A stretch of DNA of 56,332 nt from Octopus bimaculoides (GCF_001194135.2 NC_068996.1:14931750-14988081); one strand, 5' to 3'; counted from the first letter of the stretch, positions 1 through 13,175 are shown. Program-made: numbers and translations. Notes: a model not told the origin generated them from the letters alone.

Positions 1-66
<66 letters not shown>
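1..66. repeat. (GA)n microsatellite
   Basis: Near-perfect AG dinucleotide run at the window start. Confidence 0.97.
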
Positions 67-69
<3 letters not shown>

Positions 70-199
70 CAGAAGTAAATAAATAGATAGATAGACATTC
101 CCAGTATGAGTAACAATATCCTAGACCTCTGCTTCACACATTGATATGCAACTTATTTGCAATATGATGTTGTCAACAATGAGCTTTTTCTGTCCACAG

Positions 200-220
200 C
201 ATAATAAATAGACTAACAAT
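200..220 (+). CDS. Candidate 21-nt coding micro-exon (phase 2-2, IINRLT)
   Basis: Acceptor ctttttctgtccacag, donor gtatgc. Only the phase-2 frame is stop-free, and it matches the phase needed by the candidate exon at 881. Confidence 0.2.
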
Positions 221-880
221 GTATGCTCCAAACATAAGAAGAAAATGTGTTCTGCACATAATCTGGATACAGGCTACTGACGAAGGCCAAAGAGGAAGAA
301 ATGCTTATCTAATAATAATACCAACGCTGCCATACGTGTTTCTTCTTCTACACATATTTTTCATGTTATTTGACACTATAACTGTATAACAGATATTACC
401 GCAATAAATTCGGCTTTCAGTGATTTATCTGCCTTAAATATGATACACAGATTACTTTTTAGACCAATACTTTGTTGCTGTTTCACATAACGAATTATAT
501 ATACGTGTGTGTATATATACAGATATATATATGTATATACACATATATACATATATATACACACACACACACATACATAGGTGTAAGGTTTGTTTTTGTT
601 GCTCTTTCTGNNNNNNNNNNNNNNNNNNNNNNNNNNNNNNNNNNNNNNNNNNNNNNNNNNNNNNNNNNNNNNNNNNNNNNNNNNNNNNNNNNNNNNNNNN
701 NNNNNNNNNNNNNNNNNNNNNNNNNNNNNNNNNNNNNNNNNNNNNNATATATATATATAGGTGTGTGTATACGTGTATATATGCACACACATACATACAC
801 ACACACACACACATACATAGGTGTAAGGTTTGTTTTTGTTGCTCTTTCTGTGTAATGGTTGCCATCGCTAAACTAAACAG

Positions 881-1010
881 CTGCGTGTATGTCTTCGTGA
901 GTTTAACTACATTATCCTTCCTCTCTGACGTTGATGGGATATGGAAGAAAGCGGGCGTTACAACGGAGGGAAGCAGGAGCAGCGACCCGAGACGTGGCTC
1001 CTTCATAAAA
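881..1010 (+). CDS. Candidate coding exon: hydrophobic helix plus hydrophilic tail (CVYVFVSLTTLSFLSDVDGIWKKAGVTTEGSRSSDPRRGSFIK)
   Basis: Acceptor ctaaactaaacag, donor AAA|gtcagt, 130 nt open in phase 2-0, GC-richer than its flanks. An alternative donor (gtgagt at 897) also exits in phase 0. Confidence 0.35.
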
Positions 1011-1047
1011 GTCAGTTGAACCATTTCGCAATGTATTTTATTATTAA

Positions 1048-1100
<53 letters not shown>

Positions 1101-1214
1101 TCATCGTCATCAACATCATCATCATCATCATCATCATCATCCTCATCATCATCATCATCATCATCCTCACCCTCATCATCATCATCATCATCGTCAGTCG
1201 TCGTAGTAATATAT

Positions 1215-1290
<76 letters not shown>

Positions 1291-1390
1291 TGATGTAGGG
1301 TCTTTTACATTTTTTTTGGTTTTCTATTCTTCCACTCCCCACTGTTTTCGTCCTTCCCCTTTGTACGTCGGCCAAATAGCAGTAAAAGAA

Positions 1391-1450
<60 letters not shown>

Positions 1451-1520
1451 CATTATTATTATTATTAATACTGTTGCTGGTATTGCTGTTTTTTTGTTGT
1501 TATTATTGTTGTTGCTGCTT
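1048..1520. repeat. Compound trinucleotide microsatellites (AAT)n, (CAT)n, (TAG)n, (ATT)n, (TTG)n
   Basis: Directly visible; source of the poly-N/I/V/Y pseudo-ORFs. Confidence 0.95.
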
Positions 1521-1911
1521 ACGCTTTTGGTCTTTCTAGCATATATATTTATATACGCATGTACACACACACTCACACAGACAGACAGGCAGACACACAC
1601 ACACAGACACACAGACACACAGACAGACACACATATACACACACATATATATACACACAATACATGTGAGTGTCTATATGTATATATGATATATGAATGT
1701 GTACGTGTGGCTGCAAGAAACTTATGAAAGGACCTTAACATCAACTCATCATTGTTATTGGACATGTGATCTGAACTGAGATATTTAGCCTCGGTCTGAT
1801 AATATCTATTAAGAGAGAATAATTAATGCTATTATTAATAAATCATCTCGATGAGGTAGAATTGTGCATGCCTTGCCACGTGTTACTTATGCGCGAAATA
1901 TTTTCCCACAG

Positions 1912-1935
1912 AAAGAACCAAAGGAAGACCAGAAG
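1912..1935 (+). CDS. Candidate 24-nt micro-exon (KEPKEDQK, phase 0-0)
   Basis: atattttcccacag|AAAGAACCAAAGGAAGACCAGAAG|gtaaac; purine-rich and frame-preserving. Confidence 0.3.
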
Positions 1936-2022
1936 GTAAACGACGTAAATTAGCTTCTAAGTGAATCTCTCAAATTACATTAATTTTCTGTCTCTCATCT
2001 GACTGCGTGTATGTATATATGC

Positions 2023-2062
<40 letters not shown>

Positions 2063-2706
2063 NNNNNNNNNNNNNNNNNNNNNNNNNNNNNNNNNNNNNN
2101 NNNNNNNNNNNNNNNNNNNNNNNNNNNNNNNNNNNNNNNNNNNNNNNNNNNNNNNNNNNNNNNNNNNNNNNNNNNNNNNNNNNNNNNNNNNNNNNNNNNN
2201 NNNNNNNNNNNNNNNNNNNNNNNNNNNNNNNNNNNNNNNNNNNNNNNNNNNNNNNNNNNNNNNNNNNNNNNNNNNNNNNNNNNNNNNNNNNNNNNNNNNN
2301 NNNNNNNNNNNNNNNNNNNNNNNNNNNNNNNNNNNNNNNNNNNNNNNNNNNNNNNNNNNNNNNNNNNNNNNNNNNNNNNNNNNNNNNNNNNNNNNNNNNN
2401 NNNNNNNNNNNNNNNNNNNNNNNNNNNNNNNNNNNNNNNNNNNNNNNNNNNNNNNNNNNNNNNNNNNNNNNNNNNNNNNNNNNNNNNNNNNNNNNNNNNN
2501 NNNNNNNNNNNNNNNNNNNNNNNNNNNNNNNNNNNNNNNNNNNNNNNNNNNNNNNNNNNNNNNNNNNNNNNNNNNNNNNNNNNNNNNNNNNNNNNNNNNN
2601 NNNNNNNNNNNNNNNNNNNNNNNNNNNNNNNNNNNNNNNNNNNNNNNNNNNNNNNNNNNNNNNNNNNNNNNNNNNNNNNNNNATACATACATACATACAT
2701 ACATAC

Positions 2707-2880
2707 ATAGTAGGAATTTACAAAAAAAAAAAAAAAAGACGAAGACGGGTGTATAAAGAATATTATATATTAAAGGTGTATTAGTTTAACGCTCTGGATG
2801 TGAGAAAGTCTTTTACGTTTCGAGCCTACGCGCTGCAATAGAAAGGAACACAGAAATAAGCAGAGAGAAAAAATAAATAC
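2707..2880 (-). mobile_element. Short dispersed repeat with hammerhead-like motif (family H, copy 1), probable PLE-derived non-autonomous element
   Basis: Shares gaagac..gtgtattagttt.acgctc..gagaaagtcttttacgtttcgagcctacgc..agaaaggaacac with copies at 14440, 16881 and 27226. Confidence 0.75.
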
Positions 2881-4403
2881 ATACATAAATACATAATTAC
2901 GTACATACGTACATATAAATGTTAAATGCGCACACGTGTGTGATTCTGCATATGTATGTGTTTGTGCATGCGTGTGCGAATTTTGCCTGCAATCGTATGA
3001 AGTTCGATACCGCGATGGTTACCACATTCGCATTTAATATCTTTATACTAAATGGCTACCCCATGTACGTCTCCTATCCCTCTCTTCTGTCTTTTCTCTT
3101 TTCAAAGAAAATATTTCTCTCAGCGTTCACTATTTCCCCCATCGTTCAAGTCTAACGACCCTCCATGTTAGTTTTCGTTCGGTTTCCCTGTATGTCTCCA
3201 TTGTCCTATTTTCCTCCTAACTTTGACCCTCCATAAATCCAAAAGTTTATTTTGGTATTTATGGAAGCAACTGTCTTCAAAGACTCATATTGTCGTTGAT
3301 TGCTCGAAATGAAGAGTAGATAGACAGCCGACAACTGATGAAGTGTCATTCTTTGTATCACTTTTCCTCGCTATTTGCGTGTTTTCGTATTTCATGTTGT
3401 TTACTGTTGGTGACGTCCTGTACCCATATAACTACCTTTCTCAGCTTATAAGAGTACCATAGAAATCATACGCTGATTTCATAAATGGTAAAGGAGTAAA
3501 TTATAAATAATAAGGGTGGCTTGTTAGCAACTTTACAACCGAAAGGCAAAAATATATACGCCATTAAATCGACTGAGGGCGTGATTCAGAAAAATAAGAC
3601 GGTGCTTTATTGTGGATGAGTTGTTTTGACTCTTACTTCTAGCAACACTGATGTTGAATAGCGCCTTCAGTCGCTATATATGTGTGTGTGTAATTGCGAA
3701 GAATTCCTTACTTATTTCAAGATTTATGACAAGCATATATATACATTAACATTCATTATACACTAAACAGGGTTTACTGGTAAATACATTAGGGTAGTTA
3801 GTGTAGATGTAATATGTTGTAGATTAGAAGATAGTACATGAATAGGGAGCAAAGGACATAAGGGAGGTGGGAAGGAGTAGTGTGAGTATGTGAAGTTATT
3901 TGATCGCTACACTCGCTGGATATAACACCGAAACCTCCCTCGAAGCAGAGTCTATCCTCTTAAAGAAAAAATATATTTAAAAAAAAGACATTAAAAGACA
4001 ATGAAGTTAAAGAAAGAATGGTCAGACCTTGAATGGTTCCAATAATAACAAAAACAACAACAGCTGAGCAATAACAACCGGATCATTACAACCTCGTTAA
4101 CAACAACGAAGTACGCTATATTCTTGGCCAGGCGATATTCGAGTCATTAAGCAACAACATATGATAAGACTGGAGGTGATATCGCTAATGTATCTTATAT
4201 ATATGATATTATATATTCGATACACTAGAAGTGAAATCGTATTACTTACCCATAGCTTATGATAAAAATAGGCGAGATATTTTTAATCGAGTCACAAACG
4301 ATTCAACTATGCTATTTGTAAAGCTGCATATCACTCAAACAGACATTACTTGATAAGGAAATATATCATTATCCAAAATATACCGCAACTTCAGTCAAGA
4401 ACT

Positions 4404-4442
<39 letters not shown>

Positions 4443-4959
4443 CGCCTGAATGTCAATAAATAAATGAAAAGAAAGACTATCATTAGCGTTGCTTTTGATT
4501 TCTTGGTGTTTTCCTATTTTATCGTCTTGCTTTTTGTTGTCTTTTTTTTCTATTAATTTCATTTTTGTTACCTTTACGTTTAATTATTATTAACAAAATG
4601 CTATTAATTTCCTGTAGTGTTTTATAGATTTCATTACAAAGTTATCTCTTTCTCAAGATTATACATCAAAAGAGCTCTATAACTTATAATGGCATACGTT
4701 GAATCGCCGTCGTTGTTGAAATCAAGATTCTACTATCGCAGTATTCTCCAATTTCGATGAATTTCAAGCCTCATATAACATGAAGAAATTAAAATACATT
4801 TCAGAACAAATTAACTTATCTGACCCAATCCTAATTATTTTCCACTTTATTCTTTAGATATATCATTTCTTTGGAAATGATATTTTAATTGAATATTTTT
4901 CCTTATCTTAAAGCAATTAATTTTTTTTTATGGACATCTTGTAATACGTCTAGCTGATC

Positions 4960-5320
<361 letters not shown>

Positions 5321-5813
5321 AATGATTGAAACATATGGAAGGAAACACACAAAATAGAAAATAGGCGTTTGAACGGCTCAGTGGCTGGTGATTTGACAAA
5401 ACGATACATATATATCTATATATATATATATATATATATATCTATATATCTATATATANNNNNNNNNNNNNNNNNNNNNNNNNNNNNNNNNNNNNNNNNN
5501 NNNNNNNNNNNNNNNNNNNNNNNNNNNNNNNNNNNNNNNNNNNNNNNNNNNNNNNNNNNNNNNNNNNNNNNNNNNNNNNNNNNNNNNNNNNNNNNNNNNN
5601 ATATATATATATATATATATACAAGAGTGTTTGTGTTTTTGTGTGTGTATGCATAGGCATATATGTATGTCTGTGAATATATGGTCATGTATGTACAGTT
5701 ATAAAAAAAAAATTCTTAATATCCAGTCAAAGTGAAAATCAAATTATTTGACACGAGCTGCCCGCTGATATAGTCATAATACGTTATTTATTATAATTAC
5801 CAAATGGTAACAG

Positions 5814-5950
5814 ATACAAGCGTCTACTACTGTTTCCGCATCTCCCCACAATAAGACTGTCCTTTTCCTTAATCACACCTCTTTTGAAGACTTCTTGAAT
5901 CGTCAAATTATGTCCCTTTCTCAAGTGAAGTTGGCCTTAATCAGTATTTG
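5814..5950 (+). CDS. Weak candidate exon (IQASTTVSASPHNKTVLFLNHTSFEDFLNRQIMSLSQVKLALISI, phase 0-2)
   Basis: The frame is open exactly between taacag| and |gtaatt, with stops just outside both. The polypyrimidine tract is poor. Confidence 0.15.
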
Positions 5951-6401
5951 GTAATTATTACACATCGGACACAGGCAATCAAAACTAAAGTCTGTCAACA
6001 GTCAAATTTGCAAATTCACAGATTCAGTACCCTGTTTGCATGGTATAGAGAGTTAAACATGAAATAGACAAAAATAATGGATTATACTCGTTTATTTATT
6101 TATCATAAAGCTTACAACTGTCTCAGATGTGCACTTGGGTGCGTTCATGGTTCAATCTTATAAAGTAATAGGTTCATCGACTTCTAATATAGGGAACCAG
6201 CTGCGTGTGTGTGAAATTATCGTTTAGTTTTCCATAATCCAGAGACAATGTACATTCTACAAGAAAATTATTGTGATTATATTTTTATATAGCTGTGTGA
6301 TATATTTCGTTAGTTATGATGTACACCTAGTTAGAAAGTAAAGAAGTATGTCTGTATGTACGTACGCAAGAATATATGTATGTGTGTATATATATATACA
6401 T

Positions 6402-6438
<37 letters not shown>

Positions 6439-6720
6439 NNNNNNNNNNNNNNNNNNNNNNNNNNNNNNNNNNNNNNNNNNNNNNNNNNNNNNNNNNNNNN
6501 NNNNNNNNNNNNNNNNNNNNNNNNNNNNNNNNNNNNNNNNNNNNNNNNNNNNNNNNNNNNNNNNNNNNNNNNNNNNNNNNNNNNNNNNNNNNNNNNNNNN
6601 NNNNNNNNNNNNNNNNNNNNNNNNNNNNNNNNNNNNNNNNNNNNNNNNNNNNNNNNNNNNNNNNNNNNNNNNNNNNNNNNNNNNNNNNNNNNNNNNNNNN
6701 NNNNNNNNNNNNNNNNNNNN

Positions 6721-6794
6721 AAGAGAATGAAATAAGTGGAGCAGGAGCACCCACGAAGACGGAAAGTGTCACTGAAGAAGTCACAGATGTGTGA
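6721..6794 (+). CDS. Candidate terminal coding exon, 5' part hidden in gap (...ENEISGAGAPTKTESVTEEVTDV*)
   Basis: Non-repetitive, coding-like sequence emerging from gap 6439-6720. Ends T-D-V-stop, with AATAAA 46 nt downstream. Confidence 0.45.
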
Positions 6795-6840
6795 CGAAAG
6801 ATTTTCGGACAATATGGACATATGTTGAAATAAGAACAGT

Positions 6841-6846
6841 AATAAA
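6841..6846 (+). promoter_or_regulatory. Possible polyadenylation signal AATAAA
   Basis: First AATAAA after the candidate stop at 6792-6794; the hexamer is common by chance in AT-rich DNA. Confidence 0.25.
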
Positions 6847-6921
6847 ACGAGTGAAGAACAAGTGAATATATAGTATGTATGTTTATTCGCCATAAAAAAG
6901 AGACTATCCCAATATACAACA

Positions 6922-6989
<68 letters not shown>

Positions 6990-6996
6990 ATACATA

Positions 6997-7878
6997 TAGG
7001 TGGTTCGGGCCAAATTTGACGGCTTTCATGTCTCCTTTTCTGAGAAATAACTGAATATATTGGTGAAAGGTCAACAACGTAAAGTTGTAGTTAAGAAAAA
7101 CTTAGCTGACATGGAGGACTGAACCCATTTGATTATTGGAAAAAGGTTACCTATATTAAGATGATTCGCACCGGTTATCAAAATGACAACATAATGACTA
7201 CCGTTCAGTACTTTGTCAACACTGTGAGGGCTGCAAGGCCTGACATCTCAGCAGCAATAGAGACTACGACGCCGTACCTTGCGTGTAGGGACACAACAGG
7301 CGTTCTGACTGCGTCTGCAGGCCAGTTTTCACCCGCACATCTTTGAACAAGTTTTTAGGCTCAATTCAGACGGCTGCGTGAAGCTGTTTGGAGTCTGTGG
7401 TCAATCTCTAGCTGTAGAATGTTGGTGGTAGAAAGCCATGTGTATGGCAGCAGGATTCGCCTCATTGCAATAACTCCGGAAAGTGTCAAAAGTGGTTATC
7501 GGAGAATTTCTACGACTTCAACTGTTCCAATTTCTGCCTCCTCATTCACCCGAGCGTTAATCCCACGGATATGTAAGTGAGGGGCGTTGTTAAGGAAACA
7601 CCAACTGCTCTGACTGGGACACACAAGTCGAGTTGATGACCAAGATCAAGGAAGTGTTCGAAGACCTTTTCTGGGATACAGTGAGGAACGCATACGTAAT
7701 TATCATGAGCAGTTTTAAAAGCCCTAGTGGAAGCTGGTAGCGGCTACTTTAAGTAAACTATTATTACCCAGCCAAAACTTAGTTCATACTTTTTGATGTT
7801 TTTAAGTACTTTTATTATTGAATGAGATATTTTCTTTTCTTTTTGTGCAAATTGTCAAATTTAGCCCTAACACGCTGT
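6997..7878 (+). mobile_element. Internally deleted Tc1/mariner-superfamily DNA transposon
   Basis: TIR pair ggtggttcgggccaaatttgac / gtcaaatttagccctaacacgctg. 7520-7745 translates FLPPHSPER*SHGYV...ELMTKIKEVFEDLFWDTVRNA, a decayed WPPxSPDLNP-type C-terminus. Confidence 0.8.
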
Positions 7879-7945
7879 GTATATACACGCATATACATAC
7901 ATACATACATACATACACATCTATCTAGGTATCTATTTTCTCTCT

Positions 7946-8275
7946 AAAGTACAGACCCCCTTCGGTAATGAATGACCATGGGATTGCAACTTGAAAGTTC
8001 CCCTCCAAGGCACAAGTCCAGGCAAGGTTGTTTATGGAAGATCAGCAGTTGTCCATGCGTACCAGCCTTCCCTCTCCACGCCACTGATGTTATACAAGGG
8101 AATGGCAAAGGTCAATATAGCTTGGCACCAGTGACGTCACAATTCATTTCTTCAAATGAGTGAACTGGCGCAACGTGAAATATAGTCTTGTTCAAGAACA
8201 CAACACAACCTGGTTCGGGAATCGAACTCACTACCTCATGATTATGAGCCTGACACTCTAACCACCGAGCCACAC
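7946..8275 (-). mobile_element. tRNA-headed SINE, family F
   Basis: Reverse-complement homologue of 46451-46791 along its full length; A box (tggctcggtggttag) and B box (gagttcgattcc) on the minus strand. Confidence 0.8.
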
Positions 8276-8950
8276 TCTCTTACTATATATATATATGTTT
8301 GTGTGTATATGTGTGCATGTGTGTGTGTGTATATAATTTGTAAAAGTATATATAAACTGATATAATAGTGTATCAGTATATGGACGCGCGCATTTGTATA
8401 TATTTATATGCATACATAAAAAAAAAAACGTTGCCATAATTACATGGAAATAGATATTAACAATATTGAATATATTAATATTGAGCATATTGAATATATT
8501 AAATAATAAAGATATTAATGATACACAAGATATTAACGATATTAAATATATTATCGATATTAACGATATAAACAAGATAAGAGGATACTTTATTATGATG
8601 ATGACGATGATGATGATGATGACGATCATCATCATCATCATCATCATCATAGCAATGCCATTTTTCATTGGCATAATGTAATTGGGAATCTATTATGATT
8701 GTGCCGTGCAATTGTCTTAAGGATTCATTAGGCTGATTGATTCCATTTACAGAATTAATATAAGGGAGCATAAACGGTATATAGGTGTATATGCGTGTAT
8801 GTGTGAGTGTGTGTGAGTGTGCGTATGTGTGTTTACATGTGTGTTTGTGTGATTCTAAACAGACAAATAAATGTATGCAAGCATTATATATATGCACATG
8901 CATGTAACATATACAACTATATACATACACACACACATACACACACACAA

Positions 8951-9057
<107 letters not shown>

Positions 9058-9418
9058 CATATATACACATACACACATTTATATATATGAATTTTCTGCT
9101 TGTGTTTGATCGGCACTATCGCTAGACAATAGCAATTGTTTATATTGGGTGTGTGTTTTTTCTTTTGTCTCTGTAATTTTGTGGTTAATATAAAGGACTC
9201 ATAGAATATGTGCCAGATTTAGCAACGGGGTAATTCGATCGACAAAATTCTTTCAAGACGGTATCCCACTATAGCCTCAATCCAGTGACTGAAGCATATA
9301 AAAAAATAAATGATAAAAGATATGCATACATATATATAGGTATGTATCTACACACATACACATTCTTTGTCTTTTGTTTCCTGTAACTCTTAATGACATA
9401 TATATATATATATAAATT

Positions 9419-9457
<39 letters not shown>

Positions 9458-9467
9458 NNNNNNNNNN

Positions 9468-9519
<52 letters not shown>

Positions 9520-10986
9520 AATATAAGTATATTTATACACACACTCATTCACACCCACAAACACACACACACATATACATGCTAACAAACGCACCCGTCG
9601 TTTGAACTGTTTAAGTTGCTTTGGTGGTATCTTTTCACCAAATAATTGTATTACCGAGAAGGTTTATAAATACCACGGCAAAGTATGTTTCCGATTAACC
9701 TAGGAACGGAAAATCAAATTGAAGACTGGTTATTGTGGAGATCGTTGTATTTTAATGATCATAGAACATGAGCGATGCAAAATAGAGCTACGTAAGTGTT
9801 TTGGGAGTAGAGTACGGATAATTAGTACAATATATTGTTGTTTTACATGAAAGCGAAATTTCTTGTCAGAACCAGCCACATAAATGATGTAATGAAACTG
9901 AAGGAAAACATTGAAACTTCCCCTCTGCGAGTATACTTTTTTCAACAGCAAAGGGAGCTGTTTTTTCAGAGAGATAAGCTAACAAAACCTCTTAATTCTA
10001 TTTTCCCACATAGCCTGTGCATAAACTAACAGTGAATACTGCATAGAGTTAAATTGGTATGGAGCTTTCTGAAAGATACGTATAGCTTTCGCTAGTAGAA
10101 GCGAAACACTTATTTAAAGGTTGATTCTTTGAGACGAATCATGTGTTGTTTAAAAAAAGCTAGAACGGCAATGCTAAAATATATTTGAAACAATGGACAA
10201 CAGTCGAAATATCGTAATGGATGGGTAAATAAGCATCCTTAAAGTGAAACAACACATTGGTAGGTAAACAAATGTACCAACAAATAGAAGAGAAGAAGGG
10301 GAACAGCACCTTTCAAGTAACTCAGGAAAGGTAACGGTTAGCTTGCCAAAGTTTAATGCAGTTTGAATATGGAGTTTAAGATTACTTGGTATTAGATAGT
10401 CAATTTAATTACAGTGGCAGGTGTACTCCTTTCACTTTCATAAAAAGATTAAAAATGTTTGGAAGACCAGACTTACAAAAAAGCTATGCCCATTTAAGTT
10501 CATTTACGAGGGAGCTCTGGGCAATATGTTTAGTGCATAACCATTCTTGCGACATAAGTAATGTGCGTGTAAAGTTTGGTGAAAATCGATTGAGAATTGT
10601 GGGAATGTATGCGTTCAGAGTTCCTAATCAATTTAATCACCGTTGCTGGTGGACAGTGGTAAGAAATAAATTGACAAAATCCTTTCACTTTTATAAAAAA
10701 AAAGCGAAGAAAGTATAAAAAACCCTACAGATTATAAAACAGCAGATTAATGAAAATGAATAGGAATCATCTATTGCTGGTTTCCCATCGATCTAGAGGT
10801 CCGAATATCGATTTTTAAAAATTTATGTACACTATGATCGAGTCTGGGATATGAAGCAAATGTTTATAAAATTTAAAAGAAATTGGATGAAAGATGTAGA
10901 AGTTATTGAGGTACATTAAATTTGTGTATACACACACAAACACACACACACATATGTATTGTATTGTATGTATGTATGTATGTTTG

Positions 10987-11032
<46 letters not shown>

Positions 11033-11479
11033 TATATATCTGATTCCTGATTATATACCTATTTATATATGTGATTCATTCGAATCCTGAAACTCGCATG
11101 GTGATTAATAAACAGGTAACAACAGATGGATATTGGTTCATTCACTAAAGCTGTTTCAAGCAAGTATTTTTCTTGTTTTTATCAATGAAAGGATTTATAT
11201 CACCATGCAAAAAATACAAAAAAAAAAAAAAGAAAACGTTTACATCCGTTGAATATACACGAATTAAGCATTTGAAAGAAAATCATTACCAGAATTCATA
11301 TTATGTGCCACTTCAATATTGTTGGCTAGCTTCAGCCAAAGAATGGCTAAAGCTAGCCAGGAATATCTAACGTTTGACAACGGGGATGCAATTTTCTTCT
11401 ATATATATTACTTGGTCTCGAATTAATGTTTTAGTGGCTGTCAGTGGATTTAGTAGATGAAAACTGAATGAAGCCCGTC

Positions 11480-11595
11480 GTGTGTGTGTGCGCGCGCGTG
11501 ATTGTATGCGTGTGTGCGCGCGCGCGCGATTGTGTGCGTGTGTGTTTGTACGTGTGTGTGTGCGCGCGCGCGATTGTGTGCTTGTGTGTGTCTGT
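11480..11595. repeat. Alternating purine-pyrimidine (GT)n(CG)n array
   Basis: Three imperfect units of gtgtgtgcgcgcgcgcgattgt. Confidence 0.9.
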
Positions 11596-11604
11596 ATGTA
11601 TCTT

Positions 11605-11790
11605 TGTGTCTTTTTGACCCCCATCACCACAAGTCGACCAGTTTTGAAGTGTTTACATCCCCGTAACTTAGCGGTTCGGCAAAAGAGATCCAATAGAAAA
11701 AGTACCAGCCTTTAAAGAAAACAGCATGTACTGGGTCGATTCGTTCGCCTAAAATTCTTAAATGTTGTGCCCCAGCATAGCGGTAGACAC
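11605..11790 (+). mobile_element. SINE A/B, 3' (B) half
   Basis: ccccgtaacttagcggttcggcaaaagaga..atagaa.aagtac..gtcgatt..ccagcat, matching 12963-13136 and 54963-55110. Confidence 0.75.
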
Positions 11791-12148
11791 AATAGACAGA
11801 CAAACAAATATGTATTTATGTGTGTGTTTCTACCTATCTATCTTTCTTCCTACCCATCTACCCCTCTCGCTCTGCTTTCTTCTGTTGTCCTGGCTTCTAC
11901 TTCACTACTATACACATCTCTCTTCCTCCTTGTTCCACTTCCACCATCTACCATCCTCTCTGCTCACGTGTGACCTGTGGTCAACTCTCTTTTCACTCCA
12001 GCCACTATGAAGGCGAGACGAACTGTTAGCGTTCTACATCAGATTCGCGTTTGGCCGTACGGCTTTTTAATGTTGTTTTCACTGTCCAATTTTTCCTGTC
12101 TTGGTTTGTGTTTGCCACCTTGGAATTCTCTGTTTAGTGGGTCGATCC

Positions 12149-12206
12149 ACTACTCAGGAAGATACTATTCTAGAGTACGGTGTGCCTTATCTTCGAAACG
12201 TCTAGT
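12149..12206 (+). ncRNA. Degenerate type I hammerhead-like motif
   Basis: ACTA-CTCAGGA-[hairpin]-GAAAC-GTC-TAGT: stem I ACTA/TAGT, core one mismatch from CTGAGGA, palindromic ACGT helix III. Confidence 0.35.
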
Positions 12207-12472
12207 TAGAATAGAGGCAGCTGACGAAGGATTAATTCCAAGTGGCTATCTGTTTTCCTATGTGTTCGTTCCGTTGTCTGTAGTTCATTCTTCTAACGTC
12301 CTGTACCCTGATATGCATCTATATACACATGTAGATGTAAGTGTGTACATATATGTGTGTATACATGCATATATATTCTTTGTATTATATATATATATAT
12401 ATATATATNNNNNNNNNNNNNNNNNNNNNNNNNNNNNNNNNNNNNNNNNNNNNNNNNNNNNNNNNNNNNNNG

Positions 12473-12497
<25 letters not shown>

Positions 12498-12503
<6 letters not shown>

Positions 12504-12539
12504 TAGATAGATAGATAGATATATAGATAGATAGATAGT

Positions 12540-12618
<79 letters not shown>
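12498..12618. repeat. (GATA)n microsatellite
   Basis: Directly visible. Confidence 0.97.
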
Positions 12619-12619
<1 letters not shown>

Positions 12620-12794
12620 GAAGAAGAGAGAGAGGGAGAGACATTACACAAGTCACACACATGCGATTGTATAGGTACACAGACAGATATGTATTAGTAC
12701 CTGAAAATATCTGTGTATATATTCAGAGGAGGAAAGGGAGGGGGTGAGAAGCATATACACAAACCACAAACCACACACACATACACGCGCGCGC

Positions 12795-13136
12795 GCAGCT
12801 GTGTGGTAAGAAGCTTCCTTCTCAACCACATGGTTCCGGGTTCAGTCCCATTGCGTGGCTTGTTGTGCAAGTGTCTTCTACTGTAGCCTCGAGCCGACCA
12901 AAACCTTGTAACTGGATTTGGTATACGGAAACTGAAAGAAGCCTATCGTATATAAACGCACAGATTTGTCTGTTTGTCTCCTCCCCCACCATCGCTTGAC
13001 AACAGATGCTGGTGTGTTTATGACTCCGTAACCTAGCGGTTCGGCCCTAAAGTCGGATAAAAGAAATACTAGGCTTGATCGACTAAAAGCAGCGCTCCAT
13101 CATGGCCGCAGTCAAATGACTGAAACAAACCAAAAA
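12795..13136 (+). mobile_element. Near full-length bipartite SINE A/B
   Basis: tRNA-like head (gctgtgtggtaag...gggttcagtccc) and A body to gcctatcgta, a 12-nt linker, then the B half ending catggccgcagtcaaatgactgaaacaa. Confidence 0.85.

Positions 13137-13175
<39 letters not shown>

Noticed and set aside
452-1024. Minus-strand ORF MVQLTFMKEPRLGS...
   Set aside because: It runs into a microsatellite and gap with no usable donor; it is better explained as the antisense shadow of the plus-strand candidate exon.
3330-3345. Isolated CTGATGA heptamers (also ~19557, ~33033; CTGACGA at ~286 and ~46898)
   Set aside because: No downstream stem II-GAAA-helix III in register, so these are not hammerheads.
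4250-4255. 6-nt minus-strand micro-exon (tttttatcataag|CTATGG|gtaagt)
   Set aside because: It has no partner exons, and it shows how easily such pairs arise by chance here.
6022-6042. 21-nt plus-strand segment cacag|...|gtatag
   Set aside because: Joining it to the 5814-5950 candidate creates an immediate TGA.
10386-10920. 110-aa ORF and repeated gaaaatcgattgaga / gaaattggatgaaag motifs
   Set aside because: Probably an old non-autonomous DNA element, but I could not define termini or a second copy; the ORF has no recognisable domain.
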